DNA of 64,000 bases from Candidatus Actinomarina sp. GTDB lineage: Bacteria; Actinomycetota; Acidimicrobiia; Actinomarinales; Actinomarinaceae. Made by a program: the position numbers and the translations under genes. The notes beneath the pieces were generated by a model, which was not told where the DNA came from, made no database searches, and was given only the letters and a program-made list of their open reading frames with translations. Below are positions 46,130 to 54,468 of this stretch, in pieces (within the stretch, counting starts at the first letter, position 1; each line of letters starts with the position of its first letter). Location of the stretch: NCBI GenBank assembly GCA_016777845.1, contig JADHQS010000001.1, positions 3,573 through 67,572 of the forward strand, read 5' to 3'.

Positions 46130-46940
46130 AAAAATAATTGCTTACCAGGGTTCATCTGGCTCATATTCAGAACAACTTTTGAAAAAAGAATATCCAGATT
46201 ATCTGTATCATCCAACAGAAACATTTACTGAGTTAATTTCTTATGTAAAATCTGATTCTGGCATTGGATTATTACCTGTTGAGAATTCAATTGCAGGTAC
46301 TGTGAATGAAGCATACGAAGAGCTTATAGACAGTGGTTTAAAAATCTTTGCTGAATATATACACAGAATTAACCATAGTTTAATTGGCTTAGTGGGTTCA
46401 GATATATCAAATATTACAAATGTTATTTCTCACCCACAGGCATTACAGCAATGCAGCAAGTTTATACAAAAGTATAAGTTCAGAATCACTCCAGTCTTTG
46501 ATACAGCGGGAAGTGTATTTGAAATTTTAGAAAAAAATGAACTTACTATCGCTGCGATAGCCGGTGAACATTTTGAAAGCGATGAAAGATTTTTGATTTT
46601 AGAAAAAAATATATCAAATCATGAAGAAAATTATACAAGATTCCTTCTGATTGGAAATATAGATTTAGATCATAAACAATTTAATAACAAGGTTTCATCA
46701 GTACTCATATCTGATGATAAGCCAGGTTCATTATTGCAGTCTTTGAATATTTTTAGTGAACTGGATATAAACCTAACAAAACTTGAATCACGACCAATAC
46801 TTGGAAGACCTTGGGAGTACAAATTTTACATAGATTATGAACTAGAAAACTTGGAAAAACAATATGAGCTTGAGGAAAAAATAAGTAAAGTCGCCAAAGA
46901 ATTTAAGTTATTGGGGCATTATCCAAAAGCTATTCAGTAA
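46119..46940 (+). CDS. pheA: Prephenate dehydratase with ACT domain
   Basis: PVENSIAG, SHPQALQQC, NYTRF, NLTKLESRP. Confidence 0.96.
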   Translation: MNSKKIIAYQGSSGSYSEQLLKKEYPDYLYHPTETFTELISYVKSDSGIGLLPVENSIAGTVNEAYEELIDSGLKIFAEYIHRINHSLIGLVGSDISNITNVISHPQALQQCSKFIQKYKFRITPVFDTAGSVFEILEKNELTIAAIAGEHFESDERFLILEKNISNHEENYTRFLLIGNIDLDHKQFNNKVSSVLISDDKPGSLLQSLNIFSELDINLTKLESRPILGRPWEYKFYIDYELENLEKQYELEEKISKVAKEFKLLGHYPKAIQ

Positions 46941-48009
46941 CTTTCCATTGAATACCTTCTTCAGAATCTTCTATTTGTAAACCAGCAGATTCTAATATAT
47001 TTCTAATTTGATCAGAAAGCTCATAATTTTTTTCATTTCTCAACTTTGATCTAAGTGTTATTAGATTTTCAATTAATATTTCGAAGCGCTCATTATTTTT
47101 TTTATTAGACTCTATTTGAATTTCTAAATTAGCGATTTCTTTCAAGATAGCTTTATCTGTAGAATTTACTTCAGTTGCAATACTATCTATTTTTTCGACA
47201 GAGCTTTTTTTGTCAGAAATCAGAAGTTTTTGTAGTGCACTCAAACTTTCTTCAGATTTATTTTCAAAAATATGAGTTCCTTCATTATTTAAAACAGTTA
47301 CATTACCTAATCCAACAACTTTGAAAGTTTCTTTTTTGCCAGAAATTATTAGTGCTGTATGTTCATCGATACCAAGAATATTTGAGTAAGAGTTATCTAG
47401 AAGAGTTTTCATTCTATTTTCCCCAACATAACTAAAGCTTGTATCATGATTTCCACCCTCTGCATTATTAAAGTGAGGAACTACAGTACAAGACAAACCA
47501 TAAACATCTAAAATATTCAACCCCTTTTCCCAATAAGGATCTTGACCAACTTTATAAATTTCATAAACAGGCAAGGTATACTCTCCGAGAGTAGAGGCTG
47601 CTGCACTTGCAAATACACTGTTGTTACCATTTATAAGATGATTTTTTAAAGTTTTTTGAAACTCATTACCGAACCAAAGCTTGCTTGCATAGCTAGGGCT
47701 TCCAGGTCCAGCAAAAATAAATGAAGCATTTTCCAATAATTGAATTGATTTAAAGAATGATTTTGAATGTAATTCTTCAATTTTTCTGTAAGTAGCTAAT
47801 TTCATATCAACGTTTAAACTAACTTTGTAAAAATCTATAATTTTTTTGACCAATTGGCTAGCATTTTCCTGGAATCCAAATGGCGAATCAATCATTAAAA
47901 CATCTGAAGAATCATCTAGTCCATGTAGAAGTTCTCTATGTACACTAACTAAGTTAGGACTTGTTTCACCGGATCCTAAAATAGCTAATGAACCTGTAGC
48001 TTTTTTCAT
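46930..48009 (-). CDS. Peptidase E/cyanophycinase-like (class I GAT fold) hydrolase with CysRS-like C-terminal domain
   Basis: GSGET, FAGPGSPSY, ASAAA, VPHF, GIDEHTA; C-terminus RSKLRNEKNYELSDQIRNIL..GLQIED...W; start set at MKKATG. Confidence 0.7.
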   Translation of the reverse strand: MKKATGSLAILGSGETSPNLVSVHRELLHGLDDSSDVLMIDSPFGFQENASQLVKKIIDFYKVSLNVDMKLATYRKIEELHSKSFFKSIQLLENASFIFAGPGSPSYASKLWFGNEFQKTLKNHLINGNNSVFASAAASTLGEYTLPVYEIYKVGQDPYWEKGLNILDVYGLSCTVVPHFNNAEGGNHDTSFSYVGENRMKTLLDNSYSNILGIDEHTALIISGKKETFKVVGLGNVTVLNNEGTHIFENKSEESLSALQKLLISDKKSSVEKIDSIATEVNSTDKAILKEIANLEIQIESNKKNNERFEILIENLITLRSKLRNEKNYELSDQIRNILESAGLQIEDSEEGIQWKVTE

Positions 48010-48060
48010 TAAACTATTATATATTTTTTTTGTATACAACTAAAGGTGTATAATTTAATC

Positions 48061-49059
48061 ATGGCAAGATTTTTAGCTTTTGTTCTTGAAAAATTTACAA
48101 TTGAAATCATTCCAAAGCTTCCTCTACTTATAAGGACACCACTATATGTAAACATATTAAAACTTAGAAAAGTTCGTGACCGAATTAGGCTCGATGTAAC
48201 GAAAAAAAATCCTACATTTCAAGATCGCTTAAATTATGCTATCGATTCAAGAGCAAATCTAAATAATTCAGGTGAAAGAATTTTATCTTTTAATGATGAA
48301 GTTCAAATGGAGGAACTAGAAGACTCACCTGTAAAGATTTATAAATTCACTCCAAAAAATGCGGAGACTGGAAAGTATGGTGTTTATTTTCATGGAGGAG
48401 GTTATTTTGCAGGTAGTATTAAATCTCATAAAAATTTTGTTTCAATCGTTTCTCAAAAATCTAATTTAGTAACTTATTTTTTTGAATATAGGCTCAGTCC
48501 AGAACATAATTTTCCTGCTGCCCATGAAGATGCAAAAATAGCTATAGAATTTATTGACAACCTTCACAAAGACGAACAATCAATTTGGATGGGTGAGTCA
48601 GCTGGAGGAGGCCTAGCCACAGGTCTTGTGGTGGATGGTGGGTTTGTATACAATCCTGACAATCTCATTTTACTCTCACCATGGCTAGATTTGTCAGATG
48701 GGTTCCAAGACAAAAGATTTCTTAAAAACAGAGACATAACAATAATAATTGAGGGAATGTATGAGGTTGGAGAGTTTTATGCGGGGGAGTATGGCACTAC
48801 CAACCCAATACTGTCACCAGTTTATGCAGATATTAATAATTTTCCAGATACTTTAATTCAAGTCTGCTCTGATGAATTACTTTACAATGATGCAATTGAA
48901 TTTGTGAAAAAATTAAGAGATAAGAATACAAATGTACAACTTCAAACATGGGATAAGCTTTGGCATGCATGGCACTTTTTTCCAATTAAGGAAGCATTTG
49001 AGGCTATTGATAACATAGCTGAATATATTAAGTCCTCAGAATTTCACTCTTCTAAATGA
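48061..49059 (+). CDS. Alpha/beta hydrolase, hormone-sensitive-lipase family esterase
   Basis: HGGG, YRLSPEH.FPA, GESAGG, SPWLDL, terminal His motif WHAW. Confidence 0.92.
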   Translation: MARFLAFVLEKFTIEIIPKLPLLIRTPLYVNILKLRKVRDRIRLDVTKKNPTFQDRLNYAIDSRANLNNSGERILSFNDEVQMEELEDSPVKIYKFTPKNAETGKYGVYFHGGGYFAGSIKSHKNFVSIVSQKSNLVTYFFEYRLSPEHNFPAAHEDAKIAIEFIDNLHKDEQSIWMGESAGGGLATGLVVDGGFVYNPDNLILLSPWLDLSDGFQDKRFLKNRDITIIIEGMYEVGEFYAGEYGTTNPILSPVYADINNFPDTLIQVCSDELLYNDAIEFVKKLRDKNTNVQLQTWDKLWHAWHFFPIKEAFEAIDNIAEYIKSSEFHSSK

Positions 49060-49790
49060 TGAAGGGCAAATCCAAAAGGTAATTCCAACCTGTTGTCTGA
49101 CATAATTTTTTCGTTTTTAAGAATTTTATAAGTGTCATCATCTGCAGTAATTTTACCGTTGTTTAAAATTACACTTCTATTACAAATTTCCAATGCCATT
49201 GGTAAATCATGCGTAACAAGGATAATTGATACATCTAAATTTTTAAGTATATCTATTAGTTCCCTCCTAGAAGCAGGATCTAAATTTGAACTAGGTTCAT
49301 CTAAAACTAGTAATTCAGGCTCTGAAGCCAGAACACTTGCTATTGCCACTTTTCTTTTTTGACCAAAGCTTAAATGGTGTGGTGGTTTGTCTTTAAACTG
49401 CAACATCTTAACTTGTTCGAGTGCGTTGATTGAATTTTTCTTCACTAACTCATCACTGAATCCAAAATTTTTTGGTCCAAACATTACATCTTCTAACACA
49501 GTTGGCATAAATAGTTGATCATCAGGATCCTGGAAAACTAAACCTACAGATTTTCGAATTTTTGAAATATTTTCTTCGGAAAAATCTATATTATTTAATG
49601 TAATTTTTCCGTTTAAATCACCTAGAATCCCGTTCAAATGAAGAATAAGAGTAGTTTTACCTGCTCCATTAGGGCCTAATACAGCAAGCCTTTCACCTTT
49701 TGATAAACTTAGATTTATATTTTCAAGAGCTTTAAATCCATCTGGATATTCAAAACTTAAGTTATCTATATTCAGGTATTCCTGCTTCAT
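49044..49790 (-). CDS. cbiO: ECF transporter ATPase (CbiO/NikO-like)
   Basis: GPNGAGKTT, FQDPDDQLF, LSFGQ, LDEP. Confidence 0.9.
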   Translation of the reverse strand: MKQEYLNIDNLSFEYPDGFKALENINLSLSKGERLAVLGPNGAGKTTLILHLNGILGDLNGKITLNNIDFSEENISKIRKSVGLVFQDPDDQLFMPTVLEDVMFGPKNFGFSDELVKKNSINALEQVKMLQFKDKPPHHLSFGQKRKVAIASVLASEPELLVLDEPSSNLDPASRRELIDILKNLDVSIILVTHDLPMALEICNRSVILNNGKITADDDTYKILKNEKIMSDNRLELPFGFALHHLEE

Positions 49791-50551
49791 AAAACGAACC
49801 TATCTACAATACAAATTACAATTGAAAATATAGAAATTAGAAGAATTAAATTAGATGAATTAAACTCTCGTGCCTCTAGCTCTAACGTTCCTTTAAAGCC
49901 TCTAGAAATCATAGAATTATAAACCCTTTCTCCTCTTTCATACCCCCTAATCAATAAGGCACCAGATGCAAAAGCAAGTGGCTTAAGTGTTTTGATTCCT
50001 TTTTCAGAATAACCTCTAGAGCGCATTGATATTTTTACTCTTTTTACCTCGTCAATGAATACATCAATATATCTAATTGCAAAAGAAAATATAGAAATTA
50101 ACAAAGGTGATACTTTAAGTTTCTGTAATCCATATATTATTTCGATATTAGACGTTGTCGCAGTAAGAACAATTGCCAACGTGACACAAAGAGTAATTTT
50201 TATCAGAATTGATATCATTTCATCAACTCCAGTCTTATAAATACTGAAATTAAAAAAACTTGTTAAGACTTCTCCATTCCCTTTACTCACAAATGGTAAA
50301 AATAAGGCGAACAATATAAATGGTATATCTATTGAAAGTCTTTTTAAATATGTTTTAAGTTGTAATCTTGAAACAATCAATAAACCCGCAACTATTACTG
50401 CTTGAAGTACAACCGAAACATTGTTTTCTAAACTCAAAAAGGCAATAGAGAGAATAATTGCAAAAAAGGAAAGTAATTTTATTTCAGGTTTGATTTTAAC
50501 TAAATACGAGTCACTATGAGTTTCTAAATGATGAGAATGGGATGTTTCCAT
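49787..50551 (-). CDS. cbiQ: ECF transporter T component (CbiQ/NikQ-like), His-rich N-terminus
   Basis: RY..V, SMRSRG and SMISRG motifs, RGERVY; METSHSHHLETH. Confidence 0.88.
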   Translation of the reverse strand: METSHSHHLETHSDSYLVKIKPEIKLLSFFAIILSIAFLSLENNVSVVLQAVIVAGLLIVSRLQLKTYLKRLSIDIPFILFALFLPFVSKGNGEVLTSFFNFSIYKTGVDEMISILIKITLCVTLAIVLTATTSNIEIIYGLQKLKVSPLLISIFSFAIRYIDVFIDEVKRVKISMRSRGYSEKGIKTLKPLAFASGALLIRGYERGERVYNSMISRGFKGTLELEAREFNSSNLILLISIFSIVICIVDRFVL

Positions 50552-50562
50552 ATTTGTATATC

Positions 50563-50585
50563 TTAATGCAAATTATTTGCAATAA
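50563..50585. promoter_or_regulatory. Putative Fur-family operator upstream of cbiQO
   Basis: Perfect 7-1-7 inverted repeat TGCAAAT-T-ATTTGCA (50567-50581) with further symmetric flanks. Confidence 0.7.
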
Positions 50586-50590
50586 AAGAT

Positions 50591-51001
50591 TTATTTACAT
50601 TTTTTGCAATACCCTGAGTATACGAAGTGATTTGTTATCTCTCTAAAATTTGTTTTACTAGTTATTAGATCATTTACTTTTTCGGATGTTTTTATATCAA
50701 GATCTGAAATGTCTCCACATGACTCACACACAATATGTATATTTGAATGTACATCTTTTACAAAATATAATCCTGACCCATGTACCTGGTGAGAATGTTC
50801 AATTAGATTTATATTTTCTAAAAGTTCTAGAGTTCTATAAACAGTAGCCAAGTCAATATTTTTATCTTTTTTTAATGAAAGTTTATGTAGCTCTTCAACA
50901 GTAAAGTGTTTATGCCCAGATGTTCCAAGAATTTTGCAAACGACTTCTCTTGCATTAGTTATTCTTTTACCTCTTTTTCGTAATTCATTAACGAAATCCA
51001 T
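50591..51001 (-). CDS. Fur-family metalloregulator
   Basis: RIT..R, H.T.EE, ATVYRTL, HIVCESCG, GYCKKC; start set at MDFVNE. Confidence 0.93.
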   Translation of the reverse strand: MDFVNELRKRGKRITNAREVVCKILGTSGHKHFTVEELHKLSLKKDKNIDLATVYRTLELLENINLIEHSHQVHGSGLYFVKDVHSNIHIVCESCGDISDLDIKTSEKVNDLITSKTNFREITNHFVYSGYCKKCK

Positions 51002-51035
51002 ATCCAAGTATATTATATGTTTGGCGGGCAAAATT

Positions 51036-51509
51036 ATGAAAAAAAAGTTTCTTAGAATATTAAACAGGTATAGTTTGCTCTATCTTCCCACGGGATGGGT
51101 TATTGGACTGGGTATCATTTTTATTGCTTATGAGCCAATAACTGTTCTTTATTTTCTTAGTTTATTTGTTTTGGGTATATTTGGATTCCTTATTCTTTAT
51201 ACATCAAATAGAAGAATGGTTGATGACTCTTATAATATTTCAGATTACCAATACTCAATAATTGAGTTTTACTCAGACTACTGACTAGGTTGCACTGCTT
51301 CAAAGTTCATAGTTGATGAATTTAAAAAGAAAAATCCAGACGTTTATTTTGTTTCTATAAATGCGAGTAAGCAAAAAGATCATGAGTTTATTGATATATA
51401 TAACTTAAACAACACTCCAACATATGTATTGATTAATAATGAAGGTGAAAAGCTTGGAAGAAGAGTTGGTACATTTTATCCTAAGTATTTCGAAAATAAA
51501 ATAGGTTAG
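51036..51509 (+). CDS. Putative selenoprotein: N-terminal TM helices plus thioredoxin-fold domain with UxxC (TGA 51282-51284 read as Sec83)
   Basis: IEFYSDY-U-LGC aligns to FYAxWCxxC; 74 further sense codons with NTPTYVLI (cis-Pro motif), ending TAG 51509 against csaA. Confidence 0.8.
51303..51323 (+). promoter_or_regulatory. Candidate bacterial SECIS hairpin
   Basis: AAGUUCAU-AGUUG-AUGAAUUU; loop begins 27 nt after UGA with G at second loop position. Confidence 0.55.
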
Positions 51510-51841
51510 GAAACTTTGTCTCCAAGCTCTGCTTTGTCGGATGGCTGAAGTAATAGTACATCTCCATTTTCAGAAATTGATCCTAAGACTAAGCACTCAC
51601 TCATAAATGGTCCTATTTGTTTATTTCCAAGATTGATAACTGCTATACAAGGCTTTTCATGAAGTTCATTTAATTTATAGTTTGTTATCTGTGCACTGGT
51701 CTTTTTAGTGCCAATTAAATCACCAAAATCAATTGTCAGTTTGTATGCTGGTTTTTTAGCTTCTTCGAAAATTTCTGCATTAATTATTTTTCCGACACGA
51801 ATATCTAATTCAAAAAAATTAGTTGATTTATCACTTTCCAT
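51506..51841 (-). CDS. csaA: CsaA/Trbp111-type tRNA-binding protein or secretion chaperone
   Basis: DIRVGKI, KPAYKL.IDFG, SAQIT, QIGPFMSECLVLG. Confidence 0.9.
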   Translation of the reverse strand: MESDKSTNFFELDIRVGKIINAEIFEEAKKPAYKLTIDFGDLIGTKKTSAQITNYKLNELHEKPCIAVINLGNKQIGPFMSECLVLGSISENGDVLLLQPSDKAELGDKVS

Positions 51842-51869
51842 ATAACAAACATAATTACATACTTAATTC

Positions 51870-52415
51870 ATGTCAAAATTATTAATTCTTAGCGCAGGAG
51901 TTAGTGAAGATTCAAACAATACCAAATTAGCAAAAAAGCTAAACAAATTTCTAGATGAAAAGGCTGTGCCTAATGAAATTCATGAAAATCTATATGAAAA
52001 TATTCCATTTTTGCTAAACAACCAAAAAGATGTTCCCAAAAAAATATTGGAAATTAGAAATTCTCTAGAAAGTGCAGATAGGATTATTATTTTTAGTCCA
52101 GTTTACAATGGAGGATTTTTGGCACATTTAAAAAATACTCTTGATTGGCTATCTCTTGCTTACGATGAAAATAGATATAATTCACTGTTTAAAGATAAAG
52201 CAGTAGGTGTCATTACATCAGTAAGTGGTGGTGGTGGAAATGCTCAAAATGCTTTTAACATACTGCGTGCGCAATTAATGAATTATGGATTAAGAGTTTT
52301 TGAAGAATTTCATTTGATTACAAACAAGGAACACCAAGAAGATACCTCAATTGAAGAGAATCAAACAGTTTTTGAAAATATTACACATTATGTAAATAGA
52401 TTTTTAGAGTTTTAG
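51870..52415 (+). CDS. NAD(P)H-dependent FMN reductase (flavodoxin-like)
   Basis: SPVYNGG..A.LKN.LDWLS. Confidence 0.85.
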   Translation: MSKLLILSAGVSEDSNNTKLAKKLNKFLDEKAVPNEIHENLYENIPFLLNNQKDVPKKILEIRNSLESADRIIIFSPVYNGGFLAHLKNTLDWLSLAYDENRYNSLFKDKAVGVITSVSGGGGNAQNAFNILRAQLMNYGLRVFEEFHLITNKEHQEDTSIEENQTVFENITHYVNRFLEF

Positions 52416-53132
52416 TTTTTCATCGATTAAGTTATAAATTTTTGTTGTTAAATCCTCTACAGAAATTTCTTCGGTATTATCAATTGGGTTTAATATCTCA
52501 ATAGTTATTTCACCACTTCTCAACCAAACCTCTCCTTTTCTCATAAGATTATGTGCATTATGAGTAACTACTGGAACAATAGGTAAATGAAAATCTTTTG
52601 ATATGTAAGCAGCTCCTTTTTTAAAGGGGAGGAGATCTTTCTGATTACTTCTTTTTCCTTCAGGGAAAATCATGATAGAGTTCTTGTTATTAATTACTTT
52701 TGATATAGAGTCATTAATTTTTTCGAAATTTGCGCTGGCATTTTTTCTATCTATTCGAGGTAGTCCTAGAACTTTTAACACTCTTCCAAAGATGGGAATC
52801 CTAAATAGCTCAGTTTTTGTTAGAAACCTTATTGAGACAGGTAAAGCGGTTATATGTGTAAAAATATCTAAAGTAGAGGGGTGATTTGAAACTACAACAT
52901 AACTTTTATTTAAATCTATTTTTTCAGCACCCATAACAATAAGTTTTATACCTACAAATTTAAGCCCAACCCAACCAAAAAATTCATAAAGCTTTGTTGC
53001 AATTAATTTCCCATAAGGCAAAAAAGAAGCAACAATTATTAGAAGAATTATTGGAAATAATACAAAAATCATAAAAATAGGAAATAGAAAAATTGTTCTG
53101 ATGAAAATAGGAATTGTGACTTTAGTTTTCAT
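52404..53132 (-). CDS. plsC: 1-acyl-sn-glycerol-3-phosphate acyltransferase family
   Basis: NHPSTLD, IDR, FPEG.RS, FKKGA, PIVPV. Confidence 0.9.
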   Translation of the reverse strand: MKTKVTIPIFIRTIFLFPIFMIFVLFPIILLIIVASFLPYGKLIATKLYEFFGWVGLKFVGIKLIVMGAEKIDLNKSYVVVSNHPSTLDIFTHITALPVSIRFLTKTELFRIPIFGRVLKVLGLPRIDRKNASANFEKINDSISKVINNKNSIMIFPEGKRSNQKDLLPFKKGAAYISKDFHLPIVPVVTHNAHNLMRKGEVWLRSGEITIEILNPIDNTEEISVEDLTTKIYNLIDEKLKL

Positions 53133-53201
53133 ATTTGTATTTTAAAAAAAGAATTGCCTTGATATCAAATAATTAAAATAAATATCATTAAAATTAGTAA
53201 A

Positions 53202-53915
53202 ATGAAAAAATATTTTATTATTTTGTTCCTACTGCTTGCTTTTTGTGGTGATAATTCTGAACAAACACCTCAACCTGAAGCTATTAGTACTGACACAACA
53301 GAAGTAATCGTTGTTGCAGAAGAGGAGTCTACAACTACTACTGAAATTGTACAATTAGATTCTTTTGAGGGTACAGTCTATGAAATTCTAAAAGACAAAA
53401 GTAAGGTAGGTTATTTAGCTCCAAAGCAATTTTTGAACTCTGGTCTTGAAACAATAGAAGGTGTTACAAGTGAGATTATTGGAGAGTTTACTCTCGAACT
53501 ATCAGAATGCGACCAATCTGATTCTTGTCTATATATAACAAATTTGTTGATTCGTGTTGACATCTTTACTCTTAAAAGTAATAACTCAATCAGGGATTCA
53601 GCAATTAAATCTCAGTGGCTGGAATCAAAATTATTTCCAGAGGCTGTATTTAAGATAAATGAATTGGTTATTCCAAATAAAAATTTTGACTCAAAAGTTG
53701 AAGATACAATAGTTGGTAAATTGTCAATTAGAGAAATAGAGTTAGACACACCCTTTTCTATTACAGCATCACTTGTGGGTGATGAAATACGAATTCAAGG
53801 GTTCACAGAAATTGACACAACTTGGTTTGGTTTCGATGCTCCAACAAAATTTAATGCATGGGAAGTTTTGAATCCAATAGGTTTGACAGTAGATTTGGTC
53901 GCAAAGCAAAAATAA
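53202..53915 (+). CDS. YceI-like exported protein, probable lipoprotein
   Basis: Signal peptide ending in Cys, Thr/Glu linker, S.N..RD, L....FP.A.F, GKLSIRE. Confidence 0.72.
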   Translation: MKKYFIILFLLLAFCGDNSEQTPQPEAISTDTTEVIVVAEEESTTTTEIVQLDSFEGTVYEILKDKSKVGYLAPKQFLNSGLETIEGVTSEIIGEFTLELSECDQSDSCLYITNLLIRVDIFTLKSNNSIRDSAIKSQWLESKLFPEAVFKINELVIPNKNFDSKVEDTIVGKLSIREIELDTPFSITASLVGDEIRIQGFTEIDTTWFGFDAPTKFNAWEVLNPIGLTVDLVAKQK

Positions 53916-53916
53916 A

Positions 53917-54468
53917 TTGGTAAAAAACAGATTAGTTTATAAAAATTTAGATAAATCTGTAGATAAAACAAAAAATAAATATGCATCGGTAGCTGTTTTA
54001 TTCATTGATGAAGTTGAAATTCTGTTTATAAAGCGATCAGAAAACATGCCTACACACAAAGGGCATGTAGCGTTTCCTGGTGGAAAAAAAGAAAAAAATG
54101 ATACGAGTATCATTCATACTGCAGTACGTGAAGCCACAGAGGAATTATTAATATCTGATAATTTGATCACTCCATTTGGCTATATAGACTCTGTTGACAC
54201 AGTAGAGTACAAATTTGAAGTTTACCCTATTCTCTGCCTGTTAGAAAGCAAACCAAAAAAGTTCAACAAAGATGAAGTACAAAAAGTTTTATATGCATCA
54301 ATTGATGATCTAAAGTTAGAAAAAAATTGGGTATACAGAGGTCTGTATCCAAATGATTGGATTTTTCATATTGATAACGAAATTTTATGGGGTGCAACGG
54401 CAAAAATGATTAGAAATATATTAAATCTCGATTTAGATTTTAATCAAGACTCCGAGCTTCATCCTTAA
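53917..54468 (+). CDS. Nudix hydrolase, CoA pyrophosphatase-like
   Basis: KRS..H.G.VAFPGG, A.REATEE, ILWGATA. Confidence 0.88.
   Translation: MVKNRLVYKNLDKSVDKTKNKYASVAVLFIDEVEILFIKRSENMPTHKGHVAFPGGKKEKNDTSIIHTAVREATEELLISDNLITPFGYIDSVDTVEYKFEVYPILCLLESKPKKFNKDEVQKVLYASIDDLKLEKNWVYRGLYPNDWIFHIDNEILWGATAKMIRNILNLDLDFNQDSELHP

Noticed and set aside
50934..51284. 116-aa ORF ending at TGA as a complete gene, or as a nonsense pseudogene
   Set aside because: Its start overlaps fur; the stop falls exactly on the redox Cys position with an intact downstream frame, which favours Sec, though a pseudogene is not formally excluded
51282..51284. Genome-wide reassignment of TGA to Trp or Gly
   Set aside because: TGA terminates rpsJ, rplC, secY, infA and others at the expected ends, and Trp is encoded by TGG
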